Of a stretch of DNA of 64,000 nt, positions 1 to 12,140 are shown one piece after another. A model generated the notes under the pieces. The model saw only the letters and a list, made by a program, of their open reading frames with translations. It was not told where the DNA came from and searched no databases. How positions within the stretch are numbered: position 1 is the stretch's first letter; each line of letters begins with the position of its first letter. Position numbers and translations under genes: made by a program. Origin of the DNA: Azolla caroliniana. Taxonomy: Eukaryota > Plantae > Polypodiophyta. Where the stretch lies: NCBI GenBank assembly GCA_043228905.1, contig JBHGNT010000005.1, positions 7,812,001 to 7,876,000 of the forward strand, in the 5' to 3' direction.

Positions 1-497
1 CAGGTCTGAGTAACCCGAGATGTGGAGTTTGATGAGACGGCATCATGGTACTCCTTACCGACTCCAACTCCCGACAAAGACCCGATTCCGGAAGTTGAGG
101 CTAGTGAGCCCGAGGAGGTTCAAGAAGAAGATGAAGACTTCGGCACTCTAGAAGAGAGTCTGATCTCATTCCAGCGTAGTGGACCGAATGAGCGGCTGAG
201 TCAAGATGACTAGTCGGATGAAGAACTGGCGAGTAGTGGAGACTCTGACGTGCTCTCCCCGCGCAAGGAACCGAGGAGATGGTTCAAGCGCAAAGAGAAG
301 GGGAAGTAGAAGATGCGGATTACGAAACCAGCAACGTTGAGTCGGATTGGAGCGAATACGACTCCGGAAAGGATGAAGGCGGATCTTCAGGAACGAAGTC
401 TGAACCGGCCAAGAAGGGCCCCAAACCGGGTGATGACAAGTTACGCCGGTCTTCCCGCTAGAAGAACCCCGTTACGCGGTACGGGTACAATGAGTAC

Positions 498-2126
498 ATG
501 GCGCATCACTATGCATACATGACCAAAGTGGCAGAAGTGCATGAGCCGGAGAGCTATGCAGAAGCGGCAAAGAACGCAAATTGGCATGCCGCTATGGAAG
601 AAGAAATGCGGCCACTCGATGCCAACGACATATGGGACCTCGTTGACCCTCCCCGACACTGTAAACCGATCAGGTGTAAGTGGGTGTACAAGGTAAAGTA
701 CAATGCCGACGGTTCAGTTAACCGGTACAAGGCCTGGTTAGTGGCGAAGGGATACGCACAGACCCACGGAATCGACTACGACGAGACCTTCGCTCCGGTA
801 ACGAAGATGACGACGGTTCGTGTGGTACTGGCGGTTGTTGCGGCAAGGGGGTGGCATCTTCACCAGATGGACGTGAAGAATGTGTTTCTTCAAGGTGACC
901 TTGAAGAACGGGTCTATATGATCCAACCTCCCGGTTTTCAGTCTGAGATGAACAAGTCGACGGTGTGCTGGATTAAGAAGCCGCTTTACGCTCTGAAACA
1001 AGCCCCCCGAGCTTGGAATGCGAAGATTACGCACTGGTTGCATAAGATGGGGTTTGTGACCTCTAAATCGGACTCATCGTTGTTCATCCGGCAAGGTTCA
1101 GACAGTCCGGTTTGCATCCTACTTTATGTTGATGATTTAGTTATCACCAAACCCAGACTCAATGAAATTGGTCGAATAAAGTCCCAGCTATCAAACGCAT
1201 TTGAAATGAAGGACCTGGGGGACCTTCATTATCTTCTTGGGATCGAGGTGATTTGAACCCCCAATGGCATATTGCTCTCATAACGACACTATGTGTTGAA
1301 TATGTTGTACAAGTTCGGCATGACGGAATGTCGACCTGTGTCCACACCCCTGGACCGGAACCAGAAGCTCTGTCCCAACTCCGGACTGGCCTACGATGAG
1401 AAACAGTTCCGACAAATTGTCTAAAGCCTCATATACCTGACAATCACTCGACCCGACCTCAGTTACCCAGTCGAAGTGATCAGTCAGTTCATGCAGAAGC
1501 CGACCGTCGAGCACCTTCAATGTGCACACCAGATACTCTGGTATGTACGCGGCACAAAGGATCGGGGACTGTTATACCGACACGGTATAGCTGGGAAGCT
1601 AGTCGGATATACCGATGCCAACTAGGTTGGTGATGCATCGGATCGTCGATCCACCTCCGATTACATGTTTTCTCTAGGTAGCATGGCTTTTGCGTGGAGC
1701 AGCAAAAAGCAACCAACAGTGGCGCTATCGAGTAGTGAGGCTGAGTATCGGGGTGCTACCAATGCCACCTGTGAAGCCATCTAGCTTCGGCAACTACTAC
1801 AAGACCTGTGGATTGAGGTACCGACCCTGATCCTTATCTACTGTGACAGCATGAGCAGCATTCAGCTCGCCAAGAACCCCATGTTCCATGCTTGGACGAA
1901 GCACATAGAAGTCCACTATTACTTTGTGCGTGAGCGGGTTTTGAGCGGTGAAGTTGAACTTCGGTATGTTCAGACGGATAGGCAAGTTGTCGATATCTTT
2001 ACCAAACCGCTCGGATTGGACAAGTTGCAGCACTTCACCGAAATGCTTAGTGTTCAGCATCTTGACATGCCGCACTTGAGGGGGAGAAAAGGAAAGGGAA
2101 CATATGGCACCGGACAAGGAGTCTGA
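498..2126 (+). pseudogene. Copia RT-RNase H pseudogene
   Basis: RT and RNase H motifs are split by in-frame stops (e.g. 1254-1256, about 1422, about 1623, about 1781). Confidence 0.9.
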
Positions 2127-2880
2127 GAGGAAGAAAGAACCAACAAAGGGGTAGACAAAGGGAAAAAGAAGTCGAGTTGACGAAGGAAGTCGACACATCC
2201 GAACAAGTCGAAATGAGCAGCAACAGTGGCAGAGTCAAGAAGGACAGAGCCTACCGGAGGGAGAAGGCCAAGACCCAGACATGGTCTGATATGGTAAAGG
2301 GCCTGAAACCGGAAGACGAGTTGGAGAACACTGACTCGGGCAAGAGCCGGAACGAATCGGGAGCAACCGATTCGGACAAGAGCTGGAACGAATCAAAGGA
2401 AACCTATTTAGTTCAAGATTCAGAGAAGTCGGATCAACTAAAGGCCAAACGGACACGGACACAGAGGAAGTCGACGCCAACACAAATGAACTGATGGGTC
2501 AACAAGCGCCGGAGTCGTAGCAACGAGGGAGCTGAAATGGGCATGTTGAGCAGACAAGCCGATCGAGGAGGTCAAGGTGCGCAAAACCAGAAGGGTCGCG
2601 GCAAACAGGACCGGACCGGACGAGGAGCGCAAGCAAGGCATAGCAATGCCAGAAGGAGCCGCGTAGAAGAACCGGCTGCCACAGACACTAACACCACGAT
2701 CCGACCTCAAGTTGAGCTTGAGGGGGAGTGTTGAGCGAGCAAGCTCAACTAGATCCGGATCGGTTGAAGAAGCCTGAGCCGGATTGGCATCCGGAAGGAT
2801 GAGTCGGATTGGTATCCGGATGGTATCTGGAAACAATTGGCCGAATCGGGGAGACAGATCAGAGAGCTGGATTCGAACGG

Positions 2881-3722
2881 CAGGGCAGGAATTTGACGAG
2901 TGTCATGCCCGTCAAAAACATACACATAATAAAAATGCCCATCAAGTGACATATAAAGTTCAAATATCCATTTTTCACGCGAAAGGGCCCTACAAATTAT
3001 GCATGTCAAATGACATGTTAAAATTCTATTTTCCATGTCATATATATTATATACATATACATATGTCACTTATTATAGATATGAAATGTGTATTATAATA
3101 TATTAATATTATATATAAAAAAATTCAAAATATTTTTTTTTTTTTATAACACTCTTAAAATAATATCATTATCATGTAATAATGGTATATATTCTCAAAT
3201 ATTTATTTTTTATTTCTTTACTAATAATATTAGTTGAAATTTGATTGAAATTTTAAACAATAACCTTTATTAAATACGTACTTTAAGAGTGTATAACTCT
3301 AGGTTTGATTTTAATGTTTTAAGTTTTAAGTTAAAACTAAACTTTTTTACTTACATAAAAATTTAAGTTAAAACTAAATTTTTACTAACCTTTTTTTCAT
3401 ACTTATTAGTAAAACATTAACATGATATTAATTTTATGTATTTCATTATCTTTGTTAAGTAGTTATGTTTATTTGTGCACTTTCTATAGTAATGAAATGT
3501 ATAACGATGAATCATCATATAGAACTTTCATTATTAAAATTGGTAAAGCATCATATAGAACTTTTATTATTAAAATTGGTAAAGCATCATATAGAACTTT
3601 CATTATTAAAATTTGTATGTCAACTGACATGTTCGTTTTTGCACTCTTGTGTCATATAACATACATCTTTAAAAAATGCCTATCAGAAAACTTTTATACT
3701 AACCCGTCAAATTCAGGCCTTT
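2881..3722. mobile_element. AT-rich non-autonomous TIR DNA transposon inserted in the Copia 3' LTR
   Basis: Imperfect TIRs CAGGGCAGGAATTTGACG / CGTCAAATTCAGGCCTTT. Flanks TTCGAACGG (2872-2880) and TTTGAACAG (3723-3731) differ only by CpG-type transitions. There is an abrupt switch to AT-rich sequence, and LTR-like sequence resumes after it. Confidence 0.6.
3513..3612. repeat. 36-bp tandem repeat, about 2.7 copies
   Basis: CATCATATAGAACTTTCATTATTAAAATTGGTAAAG repeated head-to-tail without spacers. Confidence 0.85.
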
Positions 3723-4328
3723 TTTGAACAGGAATCGGAAGCCTAGTAGTAGCCTCGACGACTAGGTAATCATTGTCTTGTAGTTAGTGTAAGTCGCACA
3801 TAGGAATATTGAAGTACCTGTCAACACTTATGTTAGTCCTTTATGAACTTGTATAAATAGTGTTGTTTAGCACATTATATGTGTATTGTGATATTTTGAA
3901 TTGAGTTTATCTTCTACTCTCTCTGTCTTTGTCTCTCTCACGTATACTCTCGGTGTATTAAGCTTCTCCATTAAACCTTCATCTTATTCTCTGTTGCTAT
4001 CGGGTTGAGCCGGTTCTATCTAACGCTTCCACACGTTTACATTCACAAATTTGTTTAATGACTTTCAGAATGTATCATTCCATCCTTCAAAATGCCAACC
4101 TTATTTTTCTTTTCCTCTCACATGCTTTGTGACAAGAATTTCATTGTGAAAGGGTGTGATATTTCCTCTCTTTGTTTCGTTAGCCATTAGGCCTACAATA
4201 TGAGTTTTTAAAATAAGATGTGGCTTACTTTCGAATGTTATGTGCCGTATAGACATTGGCTTTGAACAAGCCATATTGTGCATTAAAGATTCCCAATGTA
4301 CAATTTCTAAATGATGTAAGGGTTTCAA

Positions 4329-4858
4329 TAGCAATGGGCCCGGTTCGGTTTCTTTGCCTTGAAACCAAACCAAACCGTTTGTGAACTTTCAATCCATTAA
4401 ACCAAACCACTTAAGAAAAGGTAAACCAACTATTTAAACCAAAACCCTTTAGGGAAATGTGGAAACCAAACCGAGTCATTTAATAAAAAGTTTAAACCTA
4501 ACCACATTTAAGCCAAACTAATTAAAAAATTAAATAAATAAAAATATACTAAATTAAATAATTATTTATGTTTAAATAAATAAATAAGCATTAATTAAGC
4601 CATTAAATTAAATAAACATTTAAGTTAAGTGAATTAAATCAATAAAAAATTCTAATTAAACCATTAAATTACATAAACCTTTAAACCAAACCACTTAAAC
4701 TTATAAAGCCCAATTTCAGAACCAAACCGAACTAAAACTGAACCGTTTATTAATAATTAAAACCAAACCAAACCATTTAATTATTTTAGAACTTATAAAT
4801 TTTTAAACCATGGCTTAACGGTTCGGTTCGGTTCAAGCCGAAACCGGGCCCATTGCTA
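4329..4858. mobile_element. hAT-type MITE, copy 1
   Basis: TIR TAGCAATGGGCCCGGTT at both ends. 8-bp TSD GGTTTCAA/GTTTTCAA (7/8). Many AAACC/AACCG subterminal motifs. Confidence 0.85.
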
Positions 4859-5171
4859 GTTTTCAATGTAAAATTTGTAAGTTATGTAGGGGGCTCCAAA
4901 ATTTTCTCCATGAAGCCATGTATAACATTATTCTTCAACCATCATTCATTTTCTTTCAATTCTTGCATATCCATAGTTTTCCTATATATTGTTTGAGCCA
5001 AAACTTTCATGATAATGGAATTAAAAACGATAGTCCATTACACATAAACTCATGCATTTTTCTTTTCAATCATATCATGGTGTTTATTTCCTCCTCTTTC
5101 AATGTATGCTCATGATCAATTATGTTTGTTATGCCCCTAGTTTATAGGGGTCTTGAAACGCACATAAAACA

Positions 5172-5611
5172 TGATTGGGACACCGAAAAGGGGACACAAA
5201 AGAGGATTTAGATTATATCGAGGAGAAATGTTAACAATACTCCCAAATTGGGACAAACCAAATACGGGGGTTGGGACAAGTCAGGACAAATCAAGACTCA
5301 GTCGAGACAAGTCGGGACAACTCCCAAAACTATGTAGATGGACAAGAGAGAGCTTCCATATTTACAAGAGATGAGAGTAGAAGTTAAAGGTCGGGAATGA
5401 TTGAAAATGAGGAGAAACTGCTCCATATATAGGCCAAGGTGCCCTAGCTATTATGCCAAGAGGTGGTTGTTGGGCTTGTTTGTTACCCAATGGGACAAGT
5501 AGGACAAGTGTGACCCGGGCGTGCTAGGTGTTACCCGTTTAGGTGTACGGGAGGGTTAAGGGTATAATGGACGAGATCTGTAATGTGTAAGCATGAAATG
5601 TGTAATGTGTA

Positions 5612-5696
<85 letters not shown>

Positions 5697-6723
5697 TGTG
5701 TGTGTGTGTGTGTACACATGCACATTTGGTTTTTGTGTGCATGTGTACAAGAGTGGGGTAAGTAGGTGTAACTACCCCCATTCAGCTTTTTGTACTGTCT
5801 AGATCTTGCACTATATAAACCCCCACCCATGGGGCATGAAAAAGGGAGAAATATAGTGAAGTTACCCTCAACTTGTGTCTGGCTCGATTTTCCCTCTCAT
5901 TCTGTGTGTGTGTGTCTCTCTCTCCCCGCACGCTCAAAACCCCTTGGGAGAACGACTCCATCCCCCACCCATCAACATTGTTAAGAGTCTATTGTTTAGT
6001 AATATAGACTCTTACCACCCCAACCTATGATCAAGACATGGCCAACCTATTATCAATGTCCCATACCGACGGATATTAGGATGACTAATACCTTGGAAGA
6101 TATAATATGATTGTAGTGACGAAAGCCTAGCCCACACCACCCGATGTCTTAAGATGATAGTCTTCCAACGTAATGTGTTTTATGAGGGTAGTTAGGCCTT
6201 ATATTTATACCTCTGCCTAGGCCCCTTGAATAGATGCGCCTTTCTAAAAGAGTCTCCATTCATTAGTTGTCAAGATCATGATAGTGCATGCACAAATCAT
6301 TCCTTCTATCCAATCACATTACCTTTCTTTTACTTTAATTGGTCTATTGTTTAATAATAAAATGTTAGCAAGGCTCCCCAAGCGTTGGGCCAAGAGGTGG
6401 CTATCGGGCTCCCCAAGCCTTGGGTTAAGAGGTGGTTGTTGGGCTACCCTATGGTTGGTTGTTGGGACTGGGACGTTGGGGCTATCCTAATTGCATTTAG
6501 GACTGCTTGGGACTATCCCAACTCTATTCGGGATTGCTTACTAGTTGGGATTGATTGGGTCTATCCCAACCCAAACCCTGATTTGTCCCAACTCTGTTTG
6601 GAACTTCGTGCTAGTGCTTGGGTGTGCCTCCAACCCAAGGTGGCATTTTCTATGGGATTGAGACTGAGCCCCTTGGTGAGTTTTGGGACTATGTCCCGCT
6701 TGGGACAACCTAGGGACACCACA
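5172..6723. mobile_element. Mosaic of LTR-like fragments (GGGACAA-rich LTR-like sequence interrupted from 5529 by an LTR related to the solo LTR at 14188)
   Basis: TGTTACCC start at 5529, then a TG-rich tract, TATAAACCCC, a TC tract and CCCTTGGGAG in the same order as in 14188-14717. No convincing TSD found. Confidence 0.4.
5613..5713. repeat. Compound (TG)n(AG)n(TG)n microsatellite
   Basis: Directly visible dinucleotide tract. Confidence 0.95.
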
Positions 6724-7198
6724 ATATTGAAGTACACATTTATCTCCAAATGAGCATGCTTACATTGGTTTACTTCATTCTCAACTCTTTTTGGTCTTGT
6801 TGAATGCATCTCAACAAAAGTTTGTCTTTGGTTGTTGTATTAAGGAACTTTGTAGCCCACTTTATGCGTTTTCAACATTTCAAATCTAATTGCTAGAATA
6901 AATCTAGTTTTAAACTCTTTGTATTCTCTTCTAAGAAACTTCCCCATTTTAGATCACAATGAACTTCGTTCAAGCTATAGCTTATCGAAATTACTGTTCA
7001 TCAGACCAAGTTATGGTTAAAATAGTAACAATGGAAGAGAAAAAATAGAATTAGAGGTACACAAATTCTGTAGTCTTCTTGGAGATCAAATGTGACCAAA
7101 AGAGAAATATTTGACTTCCAATATTCAAGAATATTACTAATGACCATTGCAATGGCATACATTGTGACTATACGAGGAATGTGTATAGGATAGGTAGT

Positions 7199-8008
7199 GA
7201 ATTGCCAATTTGAGGAAATTAAACTTGAATGTAGTTGAAGTTCGAGATTATATCAAAGTTGAAAACTCTAAACTGCCATAATTGTTCAAAATGTGAGATA
7301 AGTCATATGGAAACAATTGGTGTAGTTAATGAACAAAGAAATTACCTCTGACATCTAACAATGAGAGTGATTTCTCTATTTAGTGAAGGTTATTTTGTTT
7401 GACGCAATGTATGTAATACAATGTATCAAACCATTTTTTCTTTGAGCGACAATTAGTTGTGTCTTTGCAAGGCATGTGCTTTCAAATTGCAATCTAATGT
7501 TCCTCCATTAGGAATTCTCTTTTGTAACATGTTCCCAACCATTTTGACATATTAGATGTTCTTTTCAAAGTCTATATAGATATGGTCCTCTTGCACTATC
7601 GTTGTGAACTTCACATATTAAAATCCTTAGTACATAGTTGAATGACACAATTTGAAAGGTCATTGGATTGTGAACTTATTTATGTATACGATCCAAGATA
7701 TCTTACAAAATGATGTGTCGTCAATCAAGCTATTTCCTTATGTTTTTACTAGCAAAACCATATGTGACATTCCACAAAGGATTGAAAGGACATGGATTGA
7801 ATTGACAATGTGTGGAAATCAAACTTGAATGTGGTTGAAGTTAGAGATTGTATCATAGTTGAAACTCTAAACTCCCATAATTCTTCAAAATGTGAGATAA
7901 GTCGTATGGAAACAACCCAAGTTAATGAACAAAGGAATGGCCTTTAACATCTAACAATGAGAGTGATTTTTCTATTTAGTGAAGGTTTTGTTGTTTGACA
8001 CAATGTAT
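7199..8008. repeat. Diverged direct repeat of about 210 bp (7199-7410 vs 7799-8008)
   Basis: Shared blocks AAACTTGAATGT..TTCAAAATGTGAGATAAGTC..ACATCTAACAATGAGAGTGATTT..TATTTAGTGAAGGTT. Confidence 0.8.
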
Positions 8009-8657
8009 AGGATATAATGTACGAAATATTAGAGTCCAAATATTTCTCAAGCCATGATACATTGGCAAAGTGAAAAAAGACCTTTCATGGATGAATCTTT
8101 TGGCACATCGTTAAACAACACACCTCGTCTTCAAAACCATTTCTTTATATCTTTCAAATGCCTTTCTTCTATTAACACTTGATGGGTGACAAGGTGATTG
8201 ATGGTCCTATATTGTTTATGAAAACCAACTTCTTTTTAGGCCCTATTACCACTATTTTTACCCTATGCACTCAACTTTACATCCATAGCACATCAAAGAT
8301 AGTTGTGCCATAAAAGAACCGACCAAGGTCAACTAATAATTCTTTACAACCCCTTGAAGGTATGATCCAATGTCTTCTCTAACCATGAGGCATGCCATAG
8401 TACAATGCCCGATTAACCATATCATTTATCTAAATATATGCTTCCTTGTTACCTTGAAAATCTCCTCCCTTGTGAGGGGCCAATTTCTTAAGAACTATGC
8501 AGACATTCTCAGTAGTAAACTGCCAAATGAAATACAAGTTTGCCTAATAAAGAATTAGAATTGCAAATTTATAAAAGAAATAGTAAAACCTTTTCCTATT
8601 TCATCAAGCATTTTAAATGACTTTTCAAATTTAGGATCCCAAATCAAATAATACTAG

Positions 8658-9145
8658 TAGCAATGGGCCCGGTTTCAACTCAAACCGAACCAAACCGTTA
8701 AGCCATGGTTTAATGGTTTAATGGTTTATTGGTTCCAAAAAATTTAATGGTTTGGATTCTCTTTAAACGGTTCGGGTTTGATTTGGTTCAATTCTAAAAC
8801 TCGAGTTTACAGGTTTGGTTTAAAGGTTTATAAGTTTTTGGTTAACTTTTGTTTTACCTTAATAGTTTATTGATGTAATGGTTTAATTAATGGTTTTTTA
8901 TTGATTTAATAAATTTAACTTAAATGCTTATTTAATTTAATGTATTTTTGTTTCTTTAGATGTTTAACTAGTTTGACTTAAGTGATTAGGTTTAAATTTT
9001 GTATTAAATGGTTCAGTTTGGTTTCAACTTTTCCCTAAACGGTTTGGTTTTAGCTTTTTCTTAAATGGTTTGGTTTAAATATTGAGAGTTCATAAACGGT
9101 TTGGTTTGGTTTCTTTGCCTTGAAACCGAACCGTGCCCATTGCTA
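8658..9145. mobile_element. hAT-type MITE, copy 2 (inverted relative to copy 1)
   Basis: TIR TAGCAATGGGC...GCCCATTGCTA. Perfect 8-bp TSD AATACTAG (8650-8657 and 9146-9153). Confidence 0.9.
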
Positions 9146-9647
9146 AATACTAGATTGTACCAATAATTTTGAGATTCAATTACACATAAGCTTTCTTCCA
9201 ATAGCTTCAAGATTCATTCATATGCTAAAACTAATTGAATGCACATGTTTGAGCTTTAGTCTACTCTCTAAAACCTTCGTCCAATTATGTACCTTCATAT
9301 ACCATAAACAAGAGGACATTGCCCAAAGCTTTCCTGTTAAGCCCTCTTTGTTCATAAGAACACACAATAATCCAAAAATATATATTCCGATCTTATGGTA
9401 GCAAAACACACTCCAACATGGAAACAATTAAGTGAATGAATTAACATTCCCAAACATACATACATATACAAATGAACACCATAGCCAAGGATATTACAAA
9501 GGTACTACCATAGACATTTTAGTTTCCTACAGATGATTCGAGATCATCATCCACATTTTGCATTGAGCAATACCCTTCTTCTTTACTTCATAGTTGGTTA
9601 CATGAAATGATTATTTGATGCTTACGAAGTGAGATTTGCATGTCATT

Positions 9648-11108
9648 CTAGGAAATCGTAACCCGAAACAACCAAAGAAGGATAAATGTGACTACCATGC
9701 AGGCCAAGAAGAAATTGCATAGTGATAGACTTTGCCAGCACCTTGCATGAGGCTCGGTTCTATTCTCGGCATCGGCATCAGCATCATTCCATTGCTCCAT
9801 AAAGTTGGAATTCTCATTCCCAACAATATTTTCTGCCGTTGCTCCACATATTTCACATATCCTATCATCACAAAATGTATTCTCTTTAAGAGACTCTAAA
9901 ACATTTAACCTAAACTTACAACTCTCTGAGATTCCAAACATTGACCGTGAAGTTTATATAAAGGTGCTCATTATTTGAAGTCTTTCAATATGTTACACAC
10001 AAATTGAACATAACATGAATGTCTTGCACATTTCTATACACCATAAAAAAAACAAAATAAACATATCTAGAGACGCTCGTTTGGTTAAAACACAAAATCA
10101 CCCTCAACAATAACAGCGCGACCAGATGATAACACAAGTTGTTTTCAATTGATCTCAGAAAATTATAAACCTATGAGCACAAACTTGGACATGTATTCCA
10201 ATACATATTGAAAACATCGATCTGATAAGGATGTAAAGGGTAATTGTGGAGTTTGATGTTGATACTATCTAGGGTCAAGTGAAAAAAAGGCACTATTTTA
10301 GCATCATGATCCATCCAGAGAAATGTTGCTGTAATTTACCTACATCGAGAAACTAATCTCTAGAATCAATGTTAACAAATAACATTAATCTTGTTTCTTT
10401 TGAACATGTCTCTTGGACAAAAAAAATATTCAAAACTTGAGTTTCAAAGTCTTTTTTTGCAGTAGTTAACTGTTACTTCTCCAAAATCTCAACACACTTA
10501 ACGAAAACAAAAAATGAACAATTGAGTGAAAGAAATCGAAAAAGAATGAGAACTAGCAAGAAAAGCTTATTCTCTTACCGATTACCCTTGATTTTGAACC
10601 AAGCTTCAGCACAATTCTGATGAGCAATTCCAAGGTCATGCTTGCAATGGCATCCAAGCTGAATGGTTTCGGAAGTACCAAGTTCAACATCAAAGAGTAA
10701 ATGGCATACTCTACACTGACCTTCCTCTTCTTTTCCTTCCTCTTCTAAATTTCTTTCGAGATCACGACTATGATTTATCACCTCCGATACCTTAGTGTGA
10801 ACCACCACTTCTGAATCCATCATCTCTACTACCTTTTTTCCGCTCATGTTTACCGACCCTTCTTCTGTAGCCTTAGTACTCTGTTGCAGTGTTTGATCTA
10901 GTTCCTTAACACTCACATCATCACATGCTTTCAAGCCTTTCTCCAAGTCATCTTCCTTCTCAAGGATTATATCTAGATCCACAGTTTTGAAGGCCAGCTG
11001 TTTTATTTCACTCTTCGTCTTCTTCGATGATGATGAGGGCATGGACGATGATGATGGAGGCATGGTGGATGATGATGATGATGATGGCACTGATGCAGAT
11101 GAAGGCAT

Positions 11109-11140
<32 letters not shown>

Positions 11141-11213
11141 GCATGAATGAAGATGAAGGCATTGATGATGATGAAATTTCATCATTGGCATTCCATGGTT
11201 CATCGAGTGACAT
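9648..11213 (-). CDS. RING-CH (MARCH-type) E3 ubiquitin ligase with C-terminal TM segment, about 282 aa
   Basis: Exons 11213-10579 and 9861-9648 join through a GT-AG intron in phase. C4HC3 motif CRVC..LGCHCKHDLGIAHQNCAEAWFKIKGNR|ICEICG, then hydrophobic NFFLACMVVTFILLWLF. Start codon inferred. Confidence 0.9.
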
Positions 11214-11827
11214 TTCTTTTGGGATCAAAAAGAAAAGTCACTACTATCTCAAGCTAAATTTAGCTTCTTTGAGAAAGTAACAAATCTATGTGGTGCCAAC
11301 GATCATGTTGTGCAACCAAGGAAAAAGAACCCTTAATTTTGAGTTTTGAAGGAACACCAAAAACCCCATCTGCAAACATGTCAATAATTAACAATACAGA
11401 AAAGAGAAGAAGAGAAAGAAGAAAACCCTAGAGAAACCCTAATTTTAGAATGAAAAAGAAGGAAAGTAAAAGAAAACCTGGATCTCATTCGTTTTGATAG
11501 AGGATCTGTCTCATCTATTCTTCTTCTTCTTCTTCTTCTTCTTTCTCCTTGTTTTCCGGGAGAGAAGAAGAAGAATGGTAGTGAGGATCTCTTTAGGCCA
11601 TGATGAGTGAGAGAAGGGGAGGAATTTCAAAACCCTTTTGGAAACCCAAATGGCCATCAATCGATCATATACATGTATGTATATGCCCAGCAACAGAGAG
11701 TAGAGAAAGGAAAGGAAGAATAAAGTTGAGGATGAGGGCATGGTAGGCCCCTTCCACATTGTTCAGTCAATCATTCATCCCTTCATTGAGACAAAGAAAA
11801 GAGAGAGAAAAGGGATCCATCTACTCT

Positions 11828-12140
11828 GCATATACCTATCAGATCTACACTGCATATACCTATAGAATACATACATATGTACATATATGATATACCTATA
11901 CAATACATTCATATGTACATTATACATATATGGAGGACATGTATGTACATACATACATATCTCCATATACCTATACATATATGTACATACATACATACAT
12001 GATACATATATGGAGGACATGTATGTATTTGTATATACCTATACATACATGTATCTGCATACACTTGCTAAGTTTGTTTGTATATGTATTTTTATACGCT
12101 TATGTATGTATAAGTAAGTATGTATTCCTATATGTATATT
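11828..12140. repeat. Low-complexity TACA/TATG-rich region upstream of the RING-CH gene
   Basis: Degenerate (TACA)n with a duplicated ATATATGGAGGACATGTATGTA. Confidence 0.7.

Larger units (their letters stand above)
1..4047 (+). mobile_element. Decayed Ty1/Copia LTR retrotransposon (3' part: RT, RNase H, extra 3' region, PPT, interrupted 3' LTR)
   Basis: ORF 498-1256 has Copia RT motifs (CKWVYKVK, QMDVKNVFLQG, LLYVDDL). RNase H remnants 1600-2070 (YTDAN*, SSSEAEY, KHIEVHYYFVRE, DIFTKPL) carry stops and frameshifts. PPT GAGGGGGAG 2720-2728 is followed by TG at 2729. The LTR appears to end TTCACA at about 4047. Confidence 0.9.

Noticed and set aside
3513-3612. 36-bp repeats resembling a CRISPR array
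   Set aside because: Head-to-tail with no unique spacers, no cas genes, and a eukaryotic context.
5531-5830. HT-repeat ORFs
   Set aside because: Translation of the (TG)n microsatellite.
7199-8008. Possible LRR-coding remnant on the minus strand
   Set aside because: No consistent LxxLxL frame could be read.
4329-9145. Composite transposon formed by the two inverted MITEs
   Set aside because: Each copy has its own distinct 8-bp TSD, indicating independent insertions.
10987-11280. Poly-Asp and poly-His ORFs
   Set aside because: Alternative-frame and antisense readings of the (TCA)n tract in the RING-CH exon.
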